Assembly: GCA_919902105.1 (NCBI GenBank)
Contig: CAKKQO010000035.1
Location: forward strand, 67,547-131,546
Direction: 5' to 3'
From: Omnitrophica bacterium GWA2_41_15
GTDB taxonomy: Bacteria > Omnitrophota > Gorgyraeia > Ghiorseimicrobiales > Ghiorseimicrobiaceae
DNA length: 64,000 nucleotides
In this document: positions 17,484-26,984 of the stretch, piece by piece
How positions within the stretch are numbered: position 1 is the stretch's first letter
Layout of the letters: the number at the start of each line of letters is the position of its first letter
Notes under the pieces: model-generated
The model's database searches: none
The model's input: the letters and a program-made list of their open reading frames with translations, nothing else
What the model was told of the DNA's origin: nothing
Position numbers and translations under genes: made by a program

Positions 17484-18433
17484 TTACCAACAAACGGATA
17501 TTCATGACAGGGGGAGGCGGATTTATCGGCAGCTGGTTATGCTATAAATTGGCTGATAGTAATGAGATTATTGTCTATGATAACTCAAGAAGAGACGCCC
17601 TTTCAAAAAGAAGTTTTAAGGGGAATAAAAATATCAGGTTTATTTCAGGAGACATATTAGATAAGAGGTTCCTTAAAAAATCCGTTCCCTCTGTAGATAT
17701 TGTCATCCATCTCGCGGCTATTGCAGGAGTTACCTCGTATTATAAAATTCCCAAGGAAACGATGGAAGTTAATATTGTGGGGACATATAATTTATTAGAG
17801 GTTATAAAAGATAGAAATATCGAACGTTATATCTATTTTTCTACGAGTGAGGTATATGGAAGTTATAGCTTTCGGTCTCGCGAGGATGGCGATACGAGTC
17901 AAGGCAATATCTCTGACCCACGCTGGACATATTCAATCAGTAAATTGGCAGCCGAGAAGTTGGGTTATTGTTATTATATGGAACATCAATTGCCTATGGC
18001 CTCAATAAGGCCTTTTAACATTTACGGGCCATGGCAGGTCGGAGAAGGGGCTATTCAGAGTTTTCTTACAAAAGCAATTAATAATATAGATATTCCTATC
18101 ACAGGTGATGGAAGTCAGATTAGGGCATGGTGCTATATAGAAGACCTTTTGGACGCGGTTATTTTATGTCTAGAAAAAGAGAAGGCAGCAGGGAACACCT
18201 TTAATATTGGAAATCCCGAAGGGGCCATAACTATTTTAGGATTGGCAAAAAAGATAATAGAGATGACTAATTCAAAATCGAAGCTCTTCTTTAGGGAGCA
18301 TATAGGGACTGATATAGAATTAAGAGTTCCGGATATTGCTAAAGCCAGAAAAATATTGGGTTACTCCCCAAAAACAGGGATCGAAGAAGGGTTAACGTTT
18401 ACTATAGATGCATATAAGCAGAATCCATGGTGA
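17480..18433 (+). CDS. NAD-dependent nucleotide-sugar epimerase/dehydratase (extended SDR)
   Basis: 317 aa. TGGGGFIGSW and YSISKLAAE (YxxxK). ATGA overlap with the upstream gene. Confidence 0.7.
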   Translation: MITNKRIFMTGGGGFIGSWLCYKLADSNEIIVYDNSRRDALSKRSFKGNKNIRFISGDILDKRFLKKSVPSVDIVIHLAAIAGVTSYYKIPKETMEVNIVGTYNLLEVIKDRNIERYIYFSTSEVYGSYSFRSREDGDTSQGNISDPRWTYSISKLAAEKLGYCYYMEHQLPMASIRPFNIYGPWQVGEGAIQSFLTKAINNIDIPITGDGSQIRAWCYIEDLLDAVILCLEKEKAAGNTFNIGNPEGAITILGLAKKIIEMTNSKSKLFFREHIGTDIELRVPDIAKARKILGYSPKTGIEEGLTFTIDAYKQNPW

Positions 18434-19572
18434 AAACAAAAAAACATATCCCTCTTGCCAGACCATATTTCGATAAAGAGGAAGAAACGGTCATATCTTC
18501 TGTTATTCGGTCTAAGTGGGTCATGCAGGGGCCGAGGGTGGCAGAATTTGAAGAGAAATTCGCTAATTATATAGGTTCAAAGTATGCGGTAGCCGTCTCT
18601 TCAGGAACAGCGGCTTTACATCTTAGCTTGCTTGCGATTGGAATTAGCGAGACAGATGAAGTTATTATCCCGTCATTTTCTTTTATCGCTACAGCAAATG
18701 CTGTAATCTATTGCAGGGCCACCCCTGTTTTTATCGATATAGATCTCAGGACATATAATATAAGTCCGGAAAAAATTGAGAATTATATTACTAATGCGAT
18801 TAAAAAGGGGAACAAGAATATAAGAGCAATCATGCCTGTTCATCAATTCGGAATGCCCGCGGATATGGATAGAATAACGGCTATTGCAAAAAAATATAAT
18901 CTTCCTGTCATAGAAGATGCGGCTTGTGCCCTTGGCTCGAAGTATAAAGGGCGGAAAACAGGCAGTATCGGGGATATAGGCTGTTTTAGCTTTCACCCAA
19001 GGAAAATTATTACCACAGGCGAAGGCGGGATGATAACCACAAATAATAAAGAGGTTGCAGAAAAGATAAGACTTTTAAGAAATCACGGGATGAATAAGGA
19101 AGATTACCCTATTGTTGGCTATAATTACAGAATGACCGATCTCCAGGGAGCGATAGGAATTGTCCAAATGAAAAAGCTTAAATATATTTTAGAAACAAGA
19201 AGAACTATAGCCAAAAGGTATGATAGGTTATTGGAAAAGATAGACTGGCTTGAGCGGTCTTATGTTCCTGATTATGTAACCACTAATTATCAATCGTATC
19301 CTATCAGGATTAAAAAAAATAACTATAAAATAAGAGATTATGTTATAGCTAAATTGAAAAAGAGGGGAATATTTTGTAAGTATGGCGCGCAAGCGATACA
19401 TTTAGAGAAATGTTATAAAGGGCGGTATAAGCGCCCAGATGCGTTGATTAATACGGAGCGGGCATTTCATTCAACGGTTTTATTGCCGCTATACCATGAA
19501 CTTAAGGAAGAAGAACAGGGTAAAGTAGTAGAGAATTTAAGAAAATTTTATCTAATGGCTGATAGAGTATGA
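18427..19572 (+). CDS. DegT/DnrJ/EryC1/StrS-family sugar aminotransferase
   Basis: 381 aa. SSGTAALHLSL and FSFHPRKIITTGEGG (PLP lysine) motifs. Confidence 0.85.
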   Translation: MVKTKKHIPLARPYFDKEEETVISSVIRSKWVMQGPRVAEFEEKFANYIGSKYAVAVSSGTAALHLSLLAIGISETDEVIIPSFSFIATANAVIYCRATPVFIDIDLRTYNISPEKIENYITNAIKKGNKNIRAIMPVHQFGMPADMDRITAIAKKYNLPVIEDAACALGSKYKGRKTGSIGDIGCFSFHPRKIITTGEGGMITTNNKEVAEKIRLLRNHGMNKEDYPIVGYNYRMTDLQGAIGIVQMKKLKYILETRRTIAKRYDRLLEKIDWLERSYVPDYVTTNYQSYPIRIKKNNYKIRDYVIAKLKKRGIFCKYGAQAIHLEKCYKGRYKRPDALINTERAFHSTVLLPLYHELKEEEQGKVVENLRKFYLMADRV

Positions 19573-20108
19573 AGGACTATAAGCAGAAAGTAAAAAAAAG
19601 CCATGGCGACGGCGGTTTTTCGTTATCTCAATTCAAAAAAATCGGCGAAAATGTAATTTTTGAGAAAGAGGTAATGGTATTTCATCCTGAAAATATAGAG
19701 ATCGGCCATAATGTCTATATTGGCCATAGGAGTATCTTAAAAGGGTATTATAAAAATTTAATGAAAATTGGAGACAATTCATGGATTGGACAAGGTTGCT
19801 TCTTTCACAGCGGCGGAGGGTTATCCATCGGTAATACTGTCGGCGTAGGGCCGTTTGTAAAAATTTTCACCCACGAGCATATTGAAGAAGAACTAGGAAA
19901 GCCTATTCTTTTATGTGAACAAGCTTTTAAAGAGGTTGTAATTGAAGATAATTGCGATATCGGTATCGGAAGCATTATTCTGCCGGGCATAAGAATAGGC
20001 AAGGGGAGCATAATCGGCGCCGGCGCAGTGGTTACAAAAGATGTGGAGCCGTTTACCGTTGTTGTCGGCAATCCAGCGCGATTTTTAAGAAAAAGGAAAG
20101 GGGCTTAA
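19569..20108 (+). CDS. Hexapeptide-repeat (left-handed beta-helix) sugar N-acetyltransferase (WbpD/PglD-like)
   Basis: 179 aa. Hexapeptide repeats IGIGSIILPGIRIGKGSIIGAGAVV and the C-terminal GNPARF motif. Confidence 0.8.
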   Translation: MKDYKQKVKKSHGDGGFSLSQFKKIGENVIFEKEVMVFHPENIEIGHNVYIGHRSILKGYYKNLMKIGDNSWIGQGCFFHSGGGLSIGNTVGVGPFVKIFTHEHIEEELGKPILLCEQAFKEVVIEDNCDIGIGSIILPGIRIGKGSIIGAGAVVTKDVEPFTVVVGNPARFLRKRKGA

Positions 20109-20207
20109 TTATGCCAAAGAGATGCAGTCTAAGCCCCAAAAATGTATTACACAAAATAAACCAGTATTGTTAAGAACCCTAAGTTGTTTTTATACGAAAG
20201 GAAAATT

Positions 20208-21695
20208 ATGAGTCAGGTTCTTTTAGTATTTCCTGTACCGTCGGAAGAGCAAACAAAACTTGTGCCGCCTTTAGCCATACTTTATGTCGGCTCATACCTT
20301 GAAAGGGCTGGCGTATCTGTGTCTTATATAGATCTTCGCATTCATTCTTATGACGATTTGGGAAAAGAATTGGAGGATGTTCCTTTGATAGTAGGAGTGT
20401 CTTCGATGACCGGTATCCAGATCGAAGGCGCAATAAAAGTTCTAGAGATGTCCAAAGAGAAAGCGCCTGAAGCTGTTAGAGTTATGGGGGGCGTACATCC
20501 ATCCCTGCTTCCATTAGAGACTCTATCCGATCCGCTGGTCGACTTTGTTGTCATAGGAGAAGGAGAGAATACCTTATTAGAGCTTTTTGAGTTTATAGCG
20601 GAAGGAAAGACTGATTTTACCAAAATATTAGGTCTGGCTTGGAAAAAAAGAGGTGGACAGATAAGTATAAATGCTAATAGGCCGTTTATGGAGCTCGCCG
20701 ATTCTTGTCCTCCTATAACGGAGGCATCTAGGGCTCTGTACGCCTACTATCCTCTTGGCAAAGTTCAGGTCTCACGTGGGTGCCCCTATCGTTGTGCATT
20801 CTGTTATAATTTGAGTTTTAATAGAAGAAAATATCGCATAAAACCTTTGGAGGTAATTGATAGAGAGATCCATACTATCATGAAATTCGTTCCACGCATT
20901 AAACACTTTACGTTGCTTTCAGATAACGTGGGCAGGGATGTTGATAGACTTTTGGAAATGGGCAAGATATGTTCAAAGTATGGATTCACATTTCATACTG
21001 CCATAAGGCCGGAATATATTAATGAACGGCTTATCTCAGAATTGGAGGGGGTATGCGGATCTTTTCTTATCGGTGTTGAGTCTGTTGTCCCCAGAATACG
21101 TCGTATGATATACAAAGATAACGACGTTGAAGATACCAGAAGAGCTGCGCATTTACTTAAGAATTCTTCCATAAAGATGTATTACTCATTTATGACGGCC
21201 TTTCCAGATGAATCAAGAGAAGAGACCATCGCCTCCATGGATTTCGCCGATGAATTACGGGAAATAGATCCTACTTCGATAATAACCCCCTTTTTCTTGC
21301 TGACCCCATTTCCGGGAACTGAGCTATATGAATATGCATTAAGGCGGGGTTTTAAAAAGTCAGCCAATCTCAAGGATTGGAGCCAGTTTGCTCTGGGTAA
21401 AGTATCAACACCATGGATTGATCCCGATAATGAATATTTTACCGATTTATATCAAATGAGTATGTTGATTTATACCGACCCCAAAGAATACGAGAACAAT
21501 GATTTTGAAAAGGATTTTTTTGGTCATTTTCAGAGAATTGCTTGGGATAGATGGAGAGCTCGGACATTTGAATTTAGACGTGAATATGAATTGTTTAAAT
21601 CATATAATCGGAAGTTTAAGCAAGCTGGACTTATTAACTATGAAGAAGAGATGCAAAAGGCCTATTCTAAAAGTCAAACCAATAACGTAGATTAA
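20208..21695 (+). CDS. Cobalamin-binding-domain (class B) radical SAM enzyme #1
   Basis: N-terminal VGVSSMTG...VMGGVHPS...VVIGEGENT (B12-domain-like) plus SRGCPYRCAFCYN (CxxxCxxC). Start moved from the track TTG (20184) to the ATG at 20208, which follows GAAAGGAAAA. Confidence 0.85.
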   Translation: MSQVLLVFPVPSEEQTKLVPPLAILYVGSYLERAGVSVSYIDLRIHSYDDLGKELEDVPLIVGVSSMTGIQIEGAIKVLEMSKEKAPEAVRVMGGVHPSLLPLETLSDPLVDFVVIGEGENTLLELFEFIAEGKTDFTKILGLAWKKRGGQISINANRPFMELADSCPPITEASRALYAYYPLGKVQVSRGCPYRCAFCYNLSFNRRKYRIKPLEVIDREIHTIMKFVPRIKHFTLLSDNVGRDVDRLLEMGKICSKYGFTFHTAIRPEYINERLISELEGVCGSFLIGVESVVPRIRRMIYKDNDVEDTRRAAHLLKNSSIKMYYSFMTAFPDESREETIASMDFADELREIDPTSIITPFFLLTPFPGTELYEYALRRGFKKSANLKDWSQFALGKVSTPWIDPDNEYFTDLYQMSMLIYTDPKEYENNDFEKDFFGHFQRIAWDRWRARTFEFRREYELFKSYNRKFKQAGLINYEEEMQKAYSKSQTNNVD

Positions 21696-21725
21696 AAACT
21701 ATAGAATTTACCATAAATAAAGATA

Positions 21726-22862
21726 ATGAAAATTAATATGTGTGGGAGTATATTGACAATACCTTACCAATTGTCAAAGCATCTTCGGAAAAAAGGTATA
21801 GAGGTAAAGCTTTTTATCGATTCTTTATCAGAAGAGAAATCATACTTACCAGAATGGGAAGATGAAGATATTGAAGAAAATGGGTTGCCAAACTGGATTT
21901 ATAAAGAAAGAGTTAGCTTATATCGGTATTTTGGCGGGTTCAAAGAAGAACGAGAGTTTCTTAATTGTTTATCTGATTGCGATTTGATTCATACTCATGG
22001 AGAAGCAAGTATTTGGGGGAGTTTTACTAAAAAACCATATGTGTTTCAAAGCTATGGCTTTGATTTGTGCTATATGCCATTTTTAAAAGGTTCTTTGAAA
22101 CAGAGAATATTATCGTCTCTTATGCGAAGGGGGATAAGAAAGGCTTCTAAGATACTTATTCTGCCATATCAGATTCCTGCTATTAAGAGGCTAGGAATTT
22201 CATATGATAGGTATTCAAACCTATATTGCGGCATAGATACTCAAAAATATAAGAGAGCGGATGCTTCACTTGGAAATGAACTAAGGGAAAAATTCAAAGT
22301 AGATCTAATTTTATTTTCTCCAACAAGACATCAGTGGACAAATTCAGAAATTACAAATAAAGGCAATGATAGTTTAATTCGTGCAATCCATAAATTTTTG
22401 AAGGGCACTAAACAAAAATCTCTGTTTATATTTGTGGAAAAAGGGTCTGATGTAGCAAAAAGTAAAAGTTTGATTGATGAGATGGGAATAAAAGATAATA
22501 TTTTATGGATAGAGCCTGTCAACAAAAAAAAACTTATTGAATATTATAGTAATTCCGATATTGTGTTAGACCAATTTGTAGAGCCGGGAGAGCTGGGGCA
22601 GATAACCTTGGAGGCTATGTCTGTAGGGGTTCCGACGTTTATTTATTTGACCAATCCCAAAGGTTACTTTGAAGAGTCTCCACCTGTAGTTAATGTATCA
22701 ACTACTGATGAGATTGCTTCTGAGATGCTCAGGTTTGCAGATAATCCTGAGTTGAGAATTGAAGTAGGCAATAAATCGAGAGAGTGGATATTAAAGTATC
22801 GCGATTGGAATATAGTAGTAGATAAATATATATCTCTTTATAAAGAGATATTAGGCTTCTGA
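21726..22862 (+). CDS. GT-B fold glycosyltransferase (GT4-like)
   Basis: 378 aa. C-terminal EPGELGQITLEAMSVGVPTF resembles the GT4 E-x7-E region. Confidence 0.65.
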   Translation: MKINMCGSILTIPYQLSKHLRKKGIEVKLFIDSLSEEKSYLPEWEDEDIEENGLPNWIYKERVSLYRYFGGFKEEREFLNCLSDCDLIHTHGEASIWGSFTKKPYVFQSYGFDLCYMPFLKGSLKQRILSSLMRRGIRKASKILILPYQIPAIKRLGISYDRYSNLYCGIDTQKYKRADASLGNELREKFKVDLILFSPTRHQWTNSEITNKGNDSLIRAIHKFLKGTKQKSLFIFVEKGSDVAKSKSLIDEMGIKDNILWIEPVNKKKLIEYYSNSDIVLDQFVEPGELGQITLEAMSVGVPTFIYLTNPKGYFEESPPVVNVSTTDEIASEMLRFADNPELRIEVGNKSREWILKYRDWNIVVDKYISLYKEILGF

Positions 22863-22898
22863 AGATCATATTTATAAAATGAGTTACAAATAAAAAAA

Positions 22899-24392
22899 TT
22901 GGCAAATCTATCAGTTTATTTAAAAAAAATTGCTAATCATTCTGTTATTTATGGTGTAAGCAATTCTGTTACTGCGGCAGTCGGATATGTATTATTACCT
23001 ATATATGCAAGATTGCTTCTGCCGGAAGAGTTCGGAATATTTTCAACGATTAATATAACGGGAGCCGTATTGGGTATTATTTATGATATGGGATTGATCG
23101 CGGCGCTTTTTCGCTGGTATTTCGATTATTCTCAATCAGAAGAAGATAAAAGGAAAATAATAGTCTCCACAGTTTTGATATTCTATTTTATTACGTCTTC
23201 GATTGCGACAGTTATTATATTTTTCTTTTCACGCAGCCTATCGGGATTATTATTTAAAGGCCAGTATCAGCATTCGCCTCTCGTTCAGTTGATGATAGTA
23301 ACCACATATATAAATTTATTGCTCGGTGTCCCTCTAACAATTTTGAGATTAAAGGAAAAGGCATATTTATATATGAAAGTTTCTATCTTAAGAGGGATAG
23401 GGATATTAGCTATCACATTATTATATTTGGCTGTTTTGAAGGGCGGCTTGCTGGGGATATATAAAGGAGGGCTGTTGGTCTCTTTTATAATAGCAGCCGT
23501 ATTGTTTGGAGTAACATATAATGATTATATATTTAAATTCTCGGCTCCTGAGATTAAAAAGATGCTTATATTTGGTCTTATGTATTTGCCCACCATCATT
23601 TTTATGTGGATAATTAATTTTTCAGACAGGTACTTTCTAAACTATTATTCTACTCTCGAAGATGTGGGAATTTATTCCTTTGGCTATAAAATAGGGCAAA
23701 TTATTTTTTTAATGGTAACTGCGTTTTCTACTGCATGGACGCCGATATTGTTCTCAATTATTAAGGAAGATAACGCTAAAGCAATTCTTTCAACTATTAT
23801 GACTTACTTTTTTCTAACATTGTTTTCAATTGCATTATTAATGACGATATTTAGCGAAGATATAGTTAAATTGGTGTCTGTTGGAAAATATATAGAATCA
23901 TATAAGGTGGTATCTCTTATTTCTTTTTCATACTTTTTATATGGAATCTATGTGTTCTTGTTCAATGGCCTTATGATAACAAAGAGAATTGGAAGCCAGC
24001 CTATTATAATAGGACTCTCAGCGCTCCTGAACATTCTTCTAAATATATATTTAATACCGAGGTTTGGATATATTGGCGCCGCATACTCAACCCTTTTTAC
24101 CTATGCTGCGGTAGTGTTCGGAACATACGTAATGTCACAGCGGTGCTACTATATTAATTATGAAAAGGTAAGATTGTTTAAAATTACTGCTGCCGGGGCG
24201 TTAATTTATTTTATAAGCAATTATGACTTATTTGGAGATATGGCGGTTATAAAAATATTTTGGAAGCCCTTTTTGTTTATGATGTTTTTTTATATGTTGT
24301 ATATATGGAAGTTTTTTAATTTAAAAGAGTTGAATAAAGTAAAATCTTTATTTTTAGGTAAGTGCGAAGAACCATATTATGTCAGACATTAA
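22899..24392 (+). CDS. Wzx-type polysaccharide flippase (MOP superfamily)
   Basis: 497 aa with roughly 12-14 hydrophobic segments. N-terminus (SVIYGVSNSVTAAVGYVLLPIYARLL) is typical of polysaccharide biosynthesis/flippase proteins. TTG start. Confidence 0.75.
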   Translation: MANLSVYLKKIANHSVIYGVSNSVTAAVGYVLLPIYARLLLPEEFGIFSTINITGAVLGIIYDMGLIAALFRWYFDYSQSEEDKRKIIVSTVLIFYFITSSIATVIIFFFSRSLSGLLFKGQYQHSPLVQLMIVTTYINLLLGVPLTILRLKEKAYLYMKVSILRGIGILAITLLYLAVLKGGLLGIYKGGLLVSFIIAAVLFGVTYNDYIFKFSAPEIKKMLIFGLMYLPTIIFMWIINFSDRYFLNYYSTLEDVGIYSFGYKIGQIIFLMVTAFSTAWTPILFSIIKEDNAKAILSTIMTYFFLTLFSIALLMTIFSEDIVKLVSVGKYIESYKVVSLISFSYFLYGIYVFLFNGLMITKRIGSQPIIIGLSALLNILLNIYLIPRFGYIGAAYSTLFTYAAVVFGTYVMSQRCYYINYEKVRLFKITAAGALIYFISNYDLFGDMAVIKIFWKPFLFMMFFYMLYIWKFFNLKELNKVKSLFLGKCEEPYYVRH

Positions 24393-25146
24393 AAAAGATT
24401 TGGCTAATCTTATTTGTTTAACCATTGACGTTGAGTGGGCCTCTCCTGAAGTGCTCCAAGATATTATAACTCTACTAGATGAAAGAGAGTTACGTGCGAC
24501 TTTTTTTTGTACCCATGCCGATATTGATGTGGATGGCCATGAGCAGGCGATTCATCCGAACTTTCGACGTAATGGTGATACCATGCGGAAATTGAGTCAA
24601 GAAATGGGCGATACATTAAACCACTATACGGATAAGATGGTATATGAGTATGTTGTGCGACATACTAAGACCTTTTGTCCGGCGGCAGTAGGCGTGCGTT
24701 CTCATAGTCTATTTTATGATTCTGAACTTTTACCTATCTACCGACAGGCAGGAATAGAATATGATAGTTCTCATTCATTACCTTTAGCGTCCGGACTGTC
24801 TCCGACCTGGAAAGAGCATGATATTTTAGAGATGCCTATTTATTATGTAGATCACATTGATTTAATTAATCAAATGTCGGGATTCCGTTTGGAAGGATTG
24901 CGTATGGAACAACCAGGAATGAAGGTATTTGATTTTCATCCTAATATGGTTTTCCTTAATGCTGCAACGGAAGCTGATTATTTGGAAAGCAAATCCCATT
25001 ATCATGATTTTGAAAAATTGCTTAGCCTCCGCCGTTCGGGCCCGGGAATACGCAACTTGTTTCTCGATTTACTAGATTTTATAAAAAGTGAAAAACTGAT
25101 TACAACTACGTTGGCTGATGTTAATACTGCATACAGAGGAATATGA
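24379..25146 (+). CDS. Putative polysaccharide deacetylase-fold protein (CE4/ArnD/WbmS-like)
   Basis: 255 aa. LTIDVEWASPEVL...ATFFCTH and VRSHSLFYDS resemble deacetylase-fold proteins. Assignment is by pattern only. Confidence 0.4.
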   Translation: MSDIKKDLANLICLTIDVEWASPEVLQDIITLLDERELRATFFCTHADIDVDGHEQAIHPNFRRNGDTMRKLSQEMGDTLNHYTDKMVYEYVVRHTKTFCPAAVGVRSHSLFYDSELLPIYRQAGIEYDSSHSLPLASGLSPTWKEHDILEMPIYYVDHIDLINQMSGFRLEGLRMEQPGMKVFDFHPNMVFLNAATEADYLESKSHYHDFEKLLSLRRSGPGIRNLFLDLLDFIKSEKLITTTLADVNTAYRGI

Positions 25147-25175
25147 GACGAATAACGATTTAGACGAAAAAAAAG

Positions 25176-26111
25176 ATGGAACATAGTGAAGAATTTGAAA
25201 TCTTGGTTAGCCCAGAGACTGGTTTGCCTCTTAGGTATATCAATAGCCGCTTAGAAACGGAAACGGGAACTGAAAGTTTTCCTGTTCATAATGGAATTGC
25301 CTGTCTTGCAAGTGTTCAAAATCTGAGCGAAATTAAAAGGTATGAGATGGGTATATTTAACAGCATCCCTATTCAGGGTATCCCATATTTCAGAACATGC
25401 TTATTGAGAGATATAATGAAAGTGGTAAAGTCGGTTATAAGAAGTTTGAGAGGAGATCTTGGAAAATTTGTAGTTGCGGAAATGGGCGGCGGAGAAGGTT
25501 ACTGGGCAAGGTTTATAAAAGAAGATTTACGGGATGCTATAGTTTTTGTTTGCGATTTAAGTATGGATGCCCTTGCTAGAGCGCCGGACCATTTAAAAAA
25601 GGTTTGCGCGGATATATCCCGCCCAATTTTTAAGAAAAAATCTATTCACTTGGCTTCATTCTGGGTGAGTTTGCATCATCTCGAAAAAGCTGATATGAGA
25701 AACGCATTATTTGAGATTAGCAAGGTATTGGATGATGATGGCGTGCTGCTTATATTTGAGCCAAATTATGCATTCCTTCCACGAAAAATTATGTACAGAA
25801 CGAGGCTGGGTAAAGATGTATATTTCGATAAGCATGAGCAGGCAATAGATTTCTCCAAGATTAATAAAATAGCGGAAAGCTTTAATCTCGTTGAGGTCGT
25901 TACTCATTTCATGAATCCTCCATATAATTATGATTTCATTAGAAGACTTAGAAGAGGGGGCATATATTTGCCGGTCGTAGAGGCGCTTCATCGAATCGAT
26001 AAATGTTTATTAAGTCCAATAGTCGGCGATATGTTTTCCGCCAAACAGTCTCGGCTTAAAAAATATTTTTCGTTATATGGACTTTCTATTTACAGAAAAA
26101 GAAAGGTATAA
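25176..26111 (+). CDS. Class I SAM methyltransferase with an N-terminal Trm112-like segment
   Basis: 311 aa. N-terminal LVSPETGLPL...VHNGIACL, then VAEMGGGEGYW (motif I) and SLHHLE. Confidence 0.7.
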   Translation: MEHSEEFEILVSPETGLPLRYINSRLETETGTESFPVHNGIACLASVQNLSEIKRYEMGIFNSIPIQGIPYFRTCLLRDIMKVVKSVIRSLRGDLGKFVVAEMGGGEGYWARFIKEDLRDAIVFVCDLSMDALARAPDHLKKVCADISRPIFKKKSIHLASFWVSLHHLEKADMRNALFEISKVLDDDGVLLIFEPNYAFLPRKIMYRTRLGKDVYFDKHEQAIDFSKINKIAESFNLVEVVTHFMNPPYNYDFIRRLRRGGIYLPVVEALHRIDKCLLSPIVGDMFSAKQSRLKKYFSLYGLSIYRKRKV

Positions 26112-26121
26112 ATCTGGTTTT

Positions 26122-26982
26122 ATGTCTCAAAGTTGTTTCGTTTGTAAAAATGATGAATTGTTATTAAAAGGCTCTGTGAAATCATATTCTCTCATCGAAT
26201 GTTCTCGCTGCGGTTTACAGTTTCTTGATCCTATCCCCCGCAAAAAGGACTTAGATCAGATTTATTCTAATTATTATAAAGCATGGGGTATCGAGCAATG
26301 GGGGCATGAAGTATCTGCCATGAAAAGAAAAACCTTCCGGGGGTATTTATCGCAAGTGGCTAAATTCATATCTTGTGGTAAATTGCTTGATATAGGATGT
26401 GCGACGGGCGAATTGATGGAGGTTGCGCAAGAGATGGGGTTTGATGTTTACGGAGTTGAAATATCGCAAGAAGGAATACGCCGCTGTAAAAAGAAGTTCG
26501 GAGGGAAGAAAATAATAGACACTGAGTTGGAATACGGGAATTTCCCGCCCGATTTTTTTGATGTTATTACTCTTTCTGATGTGTTGGAACATATGCCTGT
26601 CCCGCGACCTTTCTTAGATATTTTATGGACTATGCTTAAACCCGATGGCATTCTAATGACTGTTACTCCTGATACGTGTTCGTTCGCCAGAAGATTAATG
26701 GGAATGAAATGGCTGCATTATAAAGAAGAGCATATTTTTTACTACAATCGCTCTAATATAGCGCGGCTTTTTGCTCCTAAATTCAAAGTATTGACACAAA
26801 AAACCGCATATAAAAATTTGACTCTTACTTATTGCGCGAGCGTGATTAACGGATATATAGACCACGGCTATAAACGGTTTTTTACTTATTTAATAACGCT
26901 TCTTCCTTTCCGTATAAGGCATTTTCCGTTCCTTTTTAACATTGGCGAGATGTTTATTTTGTGCAGAAAGGGAAAAGAGTAA
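26122..26982 (+). CDS. Class I SAM methyltransferase with an N-terminal Cys4 zinc ribbon
   Basis: CFVCKN...CSRCGLQFLDP followed by LLDIGCATGEL. Paralogous in layout to 44520 and 61124. The track start 26077 overlaps the upstream gene by 35 nt; the ATG at 26122 avoids this. Either start is possible. Confidence 0.7.
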   Translation: MSQSCFVCKNDELLLKGSVKSYSLIECSRCGLQFLDPIPRKKDLDQIYSNYYKAWGIEQWGHEVSAMKRKTFRGYLSQVAKFISCGKLLDIGCATGELMEVAQEMGFDVYGVEISQEGIRRCKKKFGGKKIIDTELEYGNFPPDFFDVITLSDVLEHMPVPRPFLDILWTMLKPDGILMTVTPDTCSFARRLMGMKWLHYKEEHIFYYNRSNIARLFAPKFKVLTQKTAYKNLTLTYCASVINGYIDHGYKRFFTYLITLLPFRIRHFPFLFNIGEMFILCRKGKE

Positions 26983-26984
26983 AG

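Noticed and set aside
19952-20173. 73-aa + strand ORF overlapping the 3' end of the acetyltransferase gene
   Set aside because: Most of it is an alternative frame of the hexapeptide acetyltransferase gene, with an Arg/Cys-rich sequence typical of an off-frame read. Only its last 20 codons (20111-20173) are non-overlapping, and those are reported separately as a low-confidence sORF.
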